Positions 30,001 to 42,000 of a DNA stretch of 64,000 bases are shown piece by piece. The notes under the pieces are model-generated. The model worked only from the letters and a program-made list of their open reading frames with translations, had not been told where the DNA came from and ran no database searches. The position numbers were made by a program, and so were the translations under genes. Origin of the DNA: Veleropilina oligotropha (Eukaryota); contig JBEUKZ010000014.1 of NCBI GenBank assembly GCA_048128005.1, forward strand, positions 62,001-126,000, written 5' to 3'. Every line of letters starts with the position of its first letter. Positions within the stretch are counted from its first letter, which is position 1.

Positions 30001-33000
30001 ACCCACCAGGGACGAAGGCTACCAGGGAGTCCGTCTCTGTTGGGCTTCCCCCGGAGAAACAGACGACGGGTAAGTCAGGGCTAATTTCTGATTCGTCTGT
30101 TTCAGGGACGCGAAGCGAACCGGGGCATCGCAGGTTGCAGGACCCGCCGACGAAACCGCTACGGTTTTGGGGAAAACCGTGGAAACCTCGCCGGCGTCCC
30201 AGGTTCAAGACCAGGTAAGAGGAGCCCGAGTGCTGACCGTTTCTCCTCGTACCACGGGCCTAGTAGCTGCGTCCAATAGTGCCATGCCGGCTAGCATGGT
30301 ACACCGGACCTTACAGCAAACAGCTGAGCAGGGCAGGCTATCCCCTTCCTCTCTTTCGGCCTCGGAAGAGCAGGGGACGGCTAGTCCTTCTGTCACAAGT
30401 GGTATGCCGAGCGGCATACTGCGGACGGCAGAGCAAGTTGGAACAGTTGCCGGACACCACCAAGGTGGTTTAAGATCCGGACCACCAACGACACCCGACT
30501 CACTGGCCGATGGTGCGACCGACCCTCCCCAGGGTTCGTCCTTACACCTCGGAGCTCCCAGTCTTGTCGGAGGACCCGCCGACTCCCCTGACCCCTTTGG
30601 GCTCAGACTAGTTGGCGCGGACGGACCGGCTGCGTTCGGGATGGGTATGTATGCGGGAGCTTCCCCCGTCTACCCCCTGAACAGAGCGGCGACCCCCACG
30701 GGACTGTGGCCGCAGTCTTTCGGGAGTCGAGCTCCGGTTAACACGCCTTTTGGCCCGTTCTCCGGGAGTAACCGCTCGTCAGGTGATGTGAGACCCTGGT
30801 TCTCATATCAATCTGGCCCAGCAGCCCGTCTACCATGCGCCACGATGTCCTCGAGCGATCCACTGGCTGTTGGATCGACGCCCGTCTTGCCTGTTGGTCT
30901 CTCTTTGGAGAGCGTCCATGCAATGATTGCGGCGGAATTCGAGGCCCGCAGTAGGGCCTGGCTGCCGGCTGTTCAGCCGCCCCAGGTCTCTGCTCCTCTG
31001 CTCGTGGCCCAGAGCACGGCTCCTGCCTCGGTGATGGAGGTCGACCCTCGTTCCGACGAGGACGTCCCCTCCGATCGCTCCGATCTTCTTGAATCGGTCG
31101 GTCCCGATGACTCTCGTAGTCAATCAGGCTTGCAGGAGCCGATCTCCGCCACCCGCCGAAGACACGACGCAGTCGCGTCGCTTCGCGGGGTGCTAGATCT
31201 ACCCGACCCGGCCCGGCCGGTAGGTACGATCAAGCACAGGACGGCAGCACACCGTTTTGCTGAGTCGGAGGCTCCCCAGCTTCCCGTACTCCCCCAGTCT
31301 GGCTTGGTGGATCTGGTTCTGGATCAGACCACCCGGGCCATTCAGGGAGGCAAGACAGTGGAGACGTCTTCTCTCACGGAGTTCCCTCGGGGCCTCCGTA
31401 GAGGAAGATACCTCCGGCCCAGTTCGCGACCGTTGCCGATCGCGCTTTCTGAGCCGTGCCTGGTGGCTGAGCCAGCACAGATTGACGTAGCGATGCGTCG
31501 TCTGTCTGCCAGTCAAGCTCCCTCGGTAGCGAAGGTACCATGGGCCGCCATGGATGCCTTCGAGAGCTGTGCCCGACGAGCTCTGCGGCTGTCGTCTGTA
31601 CAGGACTCGTTCCTGGACGGTGCGATAGCCGTTCTACAGGAGGACCGACCCGGCGCTCGCGAGACCGCCCTGTCCTTCCTCCACGAGGTTGCTGCCGCAA
31701 CGGAGAACAACGCGTTGGAGTCCGCGCGTGTCTTGGGCAATGCGCTCCTACTTCGTAGGGACGCCTGCCTCGAGGGCACATCGTTAGACGACGCCACCCG
31801 GCGTTCTCTGCGATGTGTGCCCTTGTCGGCCCCGACTCTCTTCGGAGGCGAGTTCACCGAATTCGTCGACAAGAGAGCCGTCGAGCTGAAAGATCGTGCG
31901 ATTGAGCGCGCAGTATTGACTACCCCTCGGGGTACTCAACCTGCCCCCTCAAGGAAGCGTTCGGCCCCGACTCGGGGCGCGAAAGCTTCCAAGCGTGCCA
32001 GACCTTCTCGGGGTGGGCCTCCGGCCCAGAAATCCAGCGAGAAGAAAGGCCCTCCAACTAAATCCCGTCAGAGCGGGAGAGGGAAGCCGTCACGGCCCTA
32101 GGGTTGCCGGCACTCGCGACGTGCTCAGCTGCGCGCTCCCGCCGGTGGGAGCGTGCCTGTTAGGCTACAGCCAGACGTGGCTAGAGTTAACAGACAGCAG
32201 CTGGGTCCACTCAGTCGTGAGTGCTGGATACAAGTTGAGTTTCAACCGGCATCCAACCCTATCCGTGACACCACCACCAAGACACGCTCGCCTCCTTCAA
32301 GGAGAGAAGCAAGCGGTCTTAGACCAGGCAGTGCGGGACTTACTCCTAAAAGGAGCCATCTATCCCGCGCCGCCCAGCACACCAGGATTTTACAGCCATT
32401 TCTTCCTGGTCCCGAAACCCGATGGCCGCTGGAGACCAATCCTCGATCTCTCGCACCTCAACCGCTATTTGCGTACCGAGAAGTTCCAGCAAGAAACACT
32501 CTCGAAGATACGAGCGGCCATCCGTCCGGGCGACTGGGCAGCGTCTATCGACCTGACAGATGCGTACTTACACGTTCCGATGCATGCCTCGGCTCATCAG
32601 TACCTCAGGTTTATACACGGGGAGACGATCTACCAATTCAGGTGCCTACCGTTCGGTCTATCGTCAGCCCCCTACGTCTTCACGCGGGTAGTACAGGCCC
32701 TCGGGGCCTTCCTACACTCACTAGGGCACAGAGTACACATGTACCTCGACGACTGGTTGATTCTCGGGGCGTCCCGGGATCAGTGCCTCCAGTCTATGAG
32801 CGTTACCCTGTCATCGGCGAAGCGCCTAGGATTACAGATCAACAACGAGAAATCCTGCTTCGTGCCCTCGACGACGTTTACGTTCCTCGGGGTCGTCTTC
32901 GACACGGTCCGGTACACCGCGAAGCCGACCGAGAAACGTATCGTGAACCTACGCGCAGTTATCCAGGACACAAGGTCATCGGGGATAGCCACGGCGCGAC

Positions 33001-36000
33001 AACTGGCCACTGTCCTGGGGCACATCGAGTCGGTAGCGCCCCTGCTACCGACAGGACGAATGGACAAACGACCGTTACAGCAGGCCTTCAGGGACCGCTG
33101 GGTGCAACGGACGGGACAGTGGACGGATCGTATAGATCTTCGGCATTGGTTCAATCACTCGTCAGCAGTGTGGCTGAACCCTGCATTGCCGAGCCAGTCG
33201 GTTCCCATTTCCCCGCCAGAACCGAACGCCTTCCTATACACGGACGCTTCGAACGAGGGCTGGGGAGGTCACCTCGACAGTTACGAGACATCGGGCCTTT
33301 GGCCGACGGACCTGCAGGGACGACACATAAACTATCTAGAACTAGAAGCGGTCTACCTGACAGTACGGTCCTTCTCGTCACATCTCCGCAACAAGCACAT
33401 ACTGCTCGCCACGGACAACACGACTGTCGTCGCATACGTTCAACACCAGGGCGGCACTCGCTCGCGTCCCCTATGCGACCGAGCAATCGACCTACACCGC
33501 TTAGTGATGTCCCTCAACTCGACGATACGAGCACGACACATCCCGGGAATATTGAACGTCCGAGCGGATTCGCTCTCTCGGAAATCACAGATAATACACA
33601 CAGAGTGGACGCTACACAGCCGTGTAGCTCGGGAGGTTTGCCGCCGGTGGTCTCAACCCCAAGTCGATCTGTTTGCAACAGAATTCAATCACCGACTCCC
33701 TCTGTATGTCTCCCCGTACCCGGACCCGGCCGCCCTTGCGGTCGACGCGTTGTCAATGACATGGGAGAATCTGATCGCGTACGCCTTCCCCCCGTCGTCC
33801 ATATTACGACTTGTACTACAGAAGGCAGCGCGAGACCGCTGCGAGATAACGCTAATAGCGCCTCTAAATCGCACGCAGTCTTGGTTTCCGACTCCTCTCG
33901 ATCTAATCGTCGATCGACCGCTTGCGCTACCGCAAAGGCCGGACCTGCTAATGCAACCGCGCTCACGGGTGTTACACCCGTCGTCGAACGAACTTCGTTT
34001 ACACGCATGGCGGTTATCGAACGATCGCTCGTTGAGAAAGGATTTTCTCGCGCTACAGCCCTCCGCATTTACCGATCGCGAAGACAATCTACATCTAAAG
34101 TCTATGACTACCGATGGGTCAAATATGTGGATTGGTGTCACAGGCGGGAAGTTAATATACTCCGTCCCCCTGTGAACAAATTTATCGAGTTCATTACGTC
34201 GTTATTCGAACGAGGACTTTCTGTCTCGGCCGTCAAAGGTTATCGGGCCTCGATCTCGACTACACTCAAACAATGTCGTTCCCGAATTGACTTATCGTCA
34301 GACCGTACTATTTCTGATTTAATCAGGTCCTACGAACTCGAAAGACCGATTTCTCTGGCGCGGCCGCCAGCATGGAATATTATCCTTATACTTAATGCTC
34401 TGCTAGAAAGCCCGTTCGAGCCGTTACGTAATGCTTCCATACGTAACCTTACTTACAAAACCGTATTTCTAATTGCGTTTGCGTCGGGCAAAAGGGTTTC
34501 TGAGATACACAGCTTCTCAGCAGAGCTCCGTGATATTAGATTCCAGTCTGACGGATCGGTCATTTTACGTCCTATATTAGGATTTATTGCTAAAAACCAG
34601 CGGCCAGGCGATATTGCTCCGGAGGTCGTTATTCCTACGCTTTCTATTGTCGGTAGAAACGATATCGATCGACTCAACTGCCCGGTGCGCGCGCTTCGCT
34701 ATTATCTGGACCGAACACGTGACTTCCGTCGAGGCAAAAAACGCTTGTTTATTTCGTATTTGCCCAATTTCACCCGCGATGTATCGAAGAATACTATCTC
34801 GAGATGGATTTGTCGGACGGTTCAGCAGATATACTCTAATTCCAACGAAGCTGACCGCAACCTTATTGCGGTCCGTGCCCATGAAACAAGAGCGATATCG
34901 ACGAGTCTGGCATTTAGACATTGTCTAAATATTACCTCCCTGCTACAAGCAGGGTATTGGAGAAACCCGAACGTGTTTGTAAAACATTATTTACGCGATT
35001 TCTCGACTGGTGCGGATGGTTTGTCCAGTGTTCAATGTGTTGCGGCGCAACACTGCATTACCAGGACATCTAGGTTAAATACACGGTGACAGGTATTGTA
35101 AACAATTAATTGTAATTATACAGTCACTCCGCATTTATGTGCAACTCTATTGTGTAGCTTGCTAACAATTAGTGTTGTTTTTCATTGTGTTGTCTGCAGT
35201 CCAATATTTTTATTTATGGACTGAGACTAAATTGTCAGATCTGAGTTCACATGACACATGCCACTCACATTGAAAGTAGACATTTATAATGCTAAATCTT
35301 AAAAAGGGGTTTTTAGATTTTGATATTATTGAAGTTCATTTGCTGTTATGAACTTACGGTGTTGCGACATTGAAAAATTTAATATCATTCAATCTTTAAA
35401 TATTCTTTAAGTAACATGGGGACATGTTTGCATTTCGCTATTGGTCAAGCGAATTTATTATTAATATGGAATATAATATGTACGTGTATATATTACTTAT
35501 ATCTATTAATAATTGCATAACTGGTTACATTCACAACCTTTTCAGGTACTGTATGTTTGTCGCAAGTTGACTGCATCTTTTGGTTACCGGCCTCGACGCC
35601 CAGGATTTACCAAAAGCTGCTTCGGTCCATGACATCTAAGTCCTACAGGATTTATCCTCCGGCCTTGCCTGGGGCTGATTGCACTTTCGCGTCACCTTGT
35701 CCGACTAACACCTCTGGCGTTTTTTCCCAGGTTCATTGGTCAAAATTCTGTCGGGGTAAGGGTAGAATTGTAATACTCAGTAATTCCATCCTGAGCGGAC
35801 GCGAGTCGGCGATGCTAGCTGTCTCCATGGTGACAAGTAAGTAACTTGTTTGGGTATTAATTTCGTTAGAACTTAGCCCACCGTCCAAAGTTATTCTGGC
35901 ATAGGTAATGACGTAGAGTATATTGCTACTAATAAGAGGTTTTTAAGTAAACCTAGTATTAGTTAGAATATACTTACGTCATTACACGTCTACCCGCCCT

Positions 36001-39000
36001 GCTCATGGCATTCGCATCCAACCCCTCTTGCTAAGTTCCTCTACGCACTGCAGATTCCTCCGACTTAAAAAGGATACCAGATCTGTCTTGGTCTCTGAGG
36101 TCTCGCGAGACTTGGGCAGATCTCGTGGGAGGAACGCTAGAGAGGTGAGCAGGGGGGGTAAGCGTGTAAGTTTAAATGAAAGTGAAACGCTTTTTCACAG
36201 TTTCCGGTTTAGCGATAATAGGGCTATTATGGCATAGGTAATGACGTAAGTATATTCTAACTAATACTAGGTTTACTTAAAAACCTCTTATCAGGACAAA
36301 TCATTTTGGCCACTATGTAGATTGCAAATGACGAAATTCTGACCCATCCTTGTACCGTTTAATAGTGAAATTATTGACTGTGTATTGTTATATATATTAA
36401 TAATTTAATGTGTTGTCAAAAATATTTTGACTCTGCAGTATGAAATAAACAGGGCTCCGGAAAAGCACTCGTCCATGACGAGACGGAGTAAATATTTTTT
36501 TTGGCGAGTGGTTTTCATACGGCACTATTGGACGAGTAGATTTTGTGACACTTATAAGTGTGAATCATATACTCATAACTATGTAACTGTATTTACAAAT
36601 CTAAATTTTGTTCACTTGTTTCTATTAATTTCGCAAGTTCATCTCTATAGTTCGCTATTTTGTCTTATCGTGAATTTGCAGTCTTCCAATTATCGGCTAT
36701 ACCGTTAGGTTAAAAACTGGGTCAGTCAACAGCTGGCTAGTGTATAATCGGGGACGATGCCTTGCCCGAGTGAAATAAATTTCCGGTACGAGTTGCAACC
36801 AATACTAGAAATGCTCATATGGATCTCGCATAGAGTATTTATTTGATGACTTCAGAACAGTCGAATGCAATACGTGGTATTCTGCGAAGAATCTAATGAA
36901 ATATGTCTGCCGCAAAATGCATACGGCTCGGAAATGATAAGCGGGTTTGAGCCACGGAAGCGATGTATTCAGTTCGCGAGGATCGACGTGGACAAAGTTA
37001 CGTGTGTTTATTGTACGTTATGCAGAAAGCGCGACAACTTACTGCATTTGAGCTTTTAGTGACAGCTACGTCAAACCAATGCGCGGGAACGTGTTAAAGA
37101 CAACAGGCCTACTCGAGAAACGTCGACGCATGTAAAAGGGATTTATTTGAAATATGATTATTCACTCCAAAAGAAGGAATTACACTTGAAAAAATTGCAT
37201 CAATTGTGGAACTTGAAAAGGGCCACGGTGTTGAACTTGGATAGCATTAACCCATTGGTGTAGGCCTACCGCAGTTGAATAACCGGTCCTTTATTACAGC
37301 ATTTTCTTGGACTTATTCCACCATGTGGCTGATTGAATCAGTTGAAAATTATCACCCTTATGTAAAATAAAATTGTTTAAAAACGCAATCCAACCATTAT
37401 GGCATACTATAATTTGAAGCTATTAACGATTTCATTATTTAATATCGCATACCAGTAATGAAACTGATATGAGTGGATTTTTCATGAATTCTGTTTTATT
37501 GTGTTTTTTCTGAGAATGTATATATAATATTATCTACATAAATGATAATTATGAACATGAAACAATTTTGCAAAAATCAATGTGTTACTTTCTGATATTG
37601 AATCTGATAGATTCCATACTGATTTCAACAACTGCCAGCATGAGATCGTCACTGCATGATTGAGTCACAGTGCCATTTAAATTTTTTCGATTTTGGACAT
37701 GTGAATTCTGAATTTGGATTAGTGGTTCATAATTTTTTTCCAGAGCCATGAATAAAACTTGTTGAATTGATGCTGACAATTTAAATGTGTTACTGTACAT
37801 ACTGCAAATATAAATATGTCAATTTGTGAGCAGTTGATGGAACAACATTAATTCTGCTTTCTACAGCGCTATTACTGGTTCAAGAAGGCACAGGCTATGT
37901 GGACTGCCGACCGCCCTTTCCCGATCGATGTGGACAACCTCGTCCAGGACACCGTGGAGGCAGTGCGGCCAAAACTGAAGCTGTTCTCCAACAAAGAAGA
38001 GGCCGAAGCCGCCGCAGACGAACTGGACCAAGAGTATAAGGCCAAGTTAGGTGAGTATAGACTAGAGTATAAGACCAAGATAGATAAGTGTAGACTGGAC
38101 CAGGAGTATAAGCCAAAATAGGTAAGTATAGATGGAAATTAAGGCCAAGATAAGCGAGTATATATAGACTGGACTAGGAGTATAAGGCAAGTTAGGTGAA
38201 TATTGACTGGAGTATAAGGCTGAGATTAGTAAGTATAGACTGGAATATAACCTAGCTATAAGGCCAAGTTAGGTGAGTGTAGACTGGACCAGGAGTAGAA
38301 GGCCAAAGTAGTAAGTTTTAAAACGGAGTATACGGCTAAGATAGGTGAGTAGGCTGCGTAAGAACTTGACCACGATAGGTTAAAATAAACTATGATTATA
38401 AAGCCAATATAGGTAATAGATTTGATTATAAGGCCAAGATATTTAAGTATTAACTGGAGTATATGACCAAGATATTGAAGTATTAAACTGGAGTATATGA
38501 CAAAGATTGGTGTCAGAGTTGAACCAGGAGTATATGGCCAAAATATTATTATATGACGATTGTAGGTTATATATGCGACAAAAAGGCGGGGGTTCTGGTG
38601 GCATATGTCATTAATGGAAAACCTCTGATTAAACGACACTATATCTGCATATATTTAATTTGAGGATGATAACTGAATAATCATTATAATGATGAGTGAA
38701 TCTGACCTGCAAACCATCTCGATAGTATTTGAGATTTTAGGAATGTTTGTGATCTTTGCTAATAGATGTATTGGTAAGGTGTCACAGAAGATATTTAATG
38801 ATTTCATTGATATTTGTGCTGTTCAAGAAAATAAGGTTAGGGGCTGCTTCTTCCAAGCACATGGCAGCTCCTGCATGCATGTGATATTACCTTTTAAAAG
38901 GCTGTAAGAACGAGACATATTAGGCCAATCGAAAACTACTGACCATGCCTCGCCTACAACCAATAAAAATAGTCATAGCTGGTATCATTGTCGTTCTGGT

Positions 39001-42000
39001 TTTGGGTGGTATACATGGCTGCATGTTTCCGTAAACGTGATTCACGAAATATGATATTAATTATATGAAAATTATTTACAGAAAACATTTTGAGTGCCTT
39101 TAAAATGGCCGAGGATGAGCAACACGGGGATGCCGATCTCTCGCTGCACACGATTCAAGAAAGTGATGAATATGGTGGGTCTCCTCTTGTATTAATCTCC
39201 TTTTATTGCGGCTGACAAGGAGGTTAATTTGTTATTGGTAACATTGATGTATTTGTTTGTTTGTAATCAGGATTACTCGATAATTATATTATTAGTGGAT
39301 CTTGTGCGCTTTCCAAGTGCAATCTAGTAGATTTGTGTTCGGTTTTGTAACATAAATCTAAACACTCCCAATAGCACATCATGTGCATGCTAAAATATAA
39401 GTATGTGTAGTTTGTACAGGACCATCGAAAATATCCAAAGTGGATGTATTTAATGTATAAGTAACTGATTGTAAATTTTTAACATCTGCTTATAATTAAC
39501 TGCAACAGTGGTGATCTATTTAGTTCTTAAAACAACCCTATTCAGGGACCGAAATATGCCATAAAATGCCGGTTAACTTGGCTTTGCGCCTATTAGTTTG
39601 GGTGTCTAGTCGTCCCGCATGACCTGTTAATATTTTATTTGCCAATGTTTAATATTGTCTTCAGTGATAGAAAAAACGATCTCCCACATCGTGCAATGCA
39701 CATTGACAACACAGCCAGTAGCACGTTCCCCAAGTTTGCATACATGTCAATTTTGGCGACCACAAATAGCAAAAACATCGATACTATAGTTAATTACAAG
39801 CCTGAATATTTATTTTGGGCATGTTAGGCAGTATACATGTGATGTCCAACAGAGTGGAAACAACTGCAAGACAAAGTGGAAACAACTGCAAGATGCATGA
39901 CCATCTTTTTCAGACAGTCACGTGACTCCCTTGTTAGCATTCAGCTTTATTTTACTTTCGAATTCAGCCAGCTGTTTTGTCAAGCATTGTAATCATGAGT
40001 GGTCTCTAAAGTTAAGCATTGCAGCTTCTATAATATCTTTTGCATTGCTATTAGGCTATATAGCCCCTGTTAAATTAAATAAATTGCTGAAATTAGTTTT
40101 GTTAAATTCCCAGTATGTCCCTAGTCTCATATGCAAATTATCTAGCTCTGCTGGTGTGACCTACTTGCTGCAGAGGAGGAAGGAGGAATGATGCTTAATA
40201 TCCTGTATATTTACAACATCGAGGTACAAGGCAGGACATGTCCGTGTTATCGCGGGAGGAAAACCCGCCCTCTTCGGCCAGTCACGGACAACTGTGATTC
40301 ATAACTTGAACAAATTTCAATGCCTAAGCCAGGTATTGAACCCACTACTGTTCGCATTAGCGGAATCAAGCCAGTGAATTTAGAGTGGACATTCTACCCA
40401 CTGCGCTGCCGAAGCGGCCAACTTGCTGCAGAGATGAATGAGTCTTTGATCTCCTTGAAGTGGGTACTGTTATTGATAAACATGATGTCAGGCAGTTTAA
40501 GAAAATTCAACAAACCCATGATGATATTGCTAGTTAGCTAGTGTCACAATGGAAGATATCTTGCATGCACAAATTAACCATATACCTTGCAGAATCAGGT
40601 TTTTATGCCACCACCAATTGGTCCCGTCCGTCCCGTCCGTCCCATCCCGTCCGTCCCGAAACCAGTATTTGCGTGTAAGCAACTCCAATCTGCTATAACT
40701 TCTATTTGCCTTCATGGATTGACTTGATACTTTGTACACTTGCCCCTATGGTCAAGGCTGTCAGTGGGGGCATCCGTGTCCGATGGACACATTTCTAGTT
40801 TAATACAAATTTTCTGCTAATTTCATACACACATGTTCTCTGATAGCATTTAACATTTAAATATAATATTAAAACCTATTATTTAAAACTAAAATAATTA
40901 AATAAATAAAAAGCAGTACTTAATTATGTTAAAAAATCACAAAATTATAATGTTTACTACATTCTACAACTGCCTTTATGAATCTTATATAAAAGCTGAA
41001 AACCGGGACCTGTTAACTATACTATTGTGAAAACCTGTTAGATGTAATGCTAAGAGGTCTCGGTGACCTGTTAGAAAACCCAGATATTTTGACCCCTGCT
41101 ATTCCTATCGACTGTTGTTTATTTGACCATATTGACAGTTAGAGGAACTACTTTCAAGCACAAATAATGATTTTATTTATAGTTTAAAATATTAATTAAA
41201 GGACTTGTGAACATATAAATAGATTCTGGCTGATAATAACGCTATCGTATAATAATGTATCCCCGAAATGTTAATATCCCCCAAATTTAACATTTCGGGG
41301 ATTGTATAGTTTAGTCATCGTTCAGCCGCGTCCGCCGCCGCAGAGATTTCTTGTGTGCGCTCTACAGTGAAAGATTATAATCTGATTTTATTCAAATTTG
41401 GTATGCAAGTCAGTTATGATGAGGACACGCCACCTAACGTTTTTCGTCGTTTTTGGATCCAAGATGGCTGCCGTGGCAGCCATTTTGTTTGGAGAGATTT
41501 CATGTGTGCGCTCTACAGTGAAAAGTTATCCGATTTGATTCATATTTGGTATGCGCGTTTGTTATAATGTTGTTACATACCACCTAAAGATTTTTGTCGT
41601 ATTCGGATACAAGATGGCCACCATGGTGGCCATTTTGTTTGACGAGATTTCTTGTGCGCGCTCTACAGTGAAAAGTTATCATCCGATTTGATTCATATTT
41701 GGTATGTGCTTTAGTTGTGACGAGGACATGCCGCCTAAATATTTTCGTCGTTTTCGGATCCAAGATTGCCGCCTTGGCGCCCATTTTGGTTGATTAGATT
41801 TCTTGTGCACGCTCTAAAGTGAAAAGTTATTATCCTATTTGATTCAAATTTAGTATGCATGTTAGTTATGATGAGGACACGCCACGTAATGATTTCCTTT
41901 TGTTTTCGGATCCAAGATGGCCGTCGCAGCGGCCATTTTATTTGAAGATATTTCTTGCGCGTGCTCTACTGTGAAAAGTTATTTTCTGATTTGATTCAAA

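Larger units (their letters stand above)
28797..36291 (+). mobile_element. Full-length DIRS1-type tyrosine-recombinase retrotransposon
   Basis: 187-bp inverted terminal repeats, internal complementary region, gag/RT-RNaseH-MT/YR ORFs, TAT trinucleotide at both ends. Confidence 0.96.

Noticed and set aside
30070..30105. 36-nt intron as the fix for the gag frame break
   Set aside because: Good-looking signals, but the length is a multiple of 3 so it does not change frame, and it is very short.
33640..33800. Stand-alone bacterial or phage DNA adenine methylase / horizontal transfer
   Set aside because: The MT-like domain is a normal C-terminal part of DIRS1 pol.
30205..34928. Many antisense and short alternate-frame ORFs inside the DIRS element
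   Set aside because: Expected by-products of GC-rich coding sequence; no recognisable motifs.
35557..35844. Extra DIRS ORF downstream of YR
   Set aside because: Short, non-ATG start and no motif; cannot be supported.
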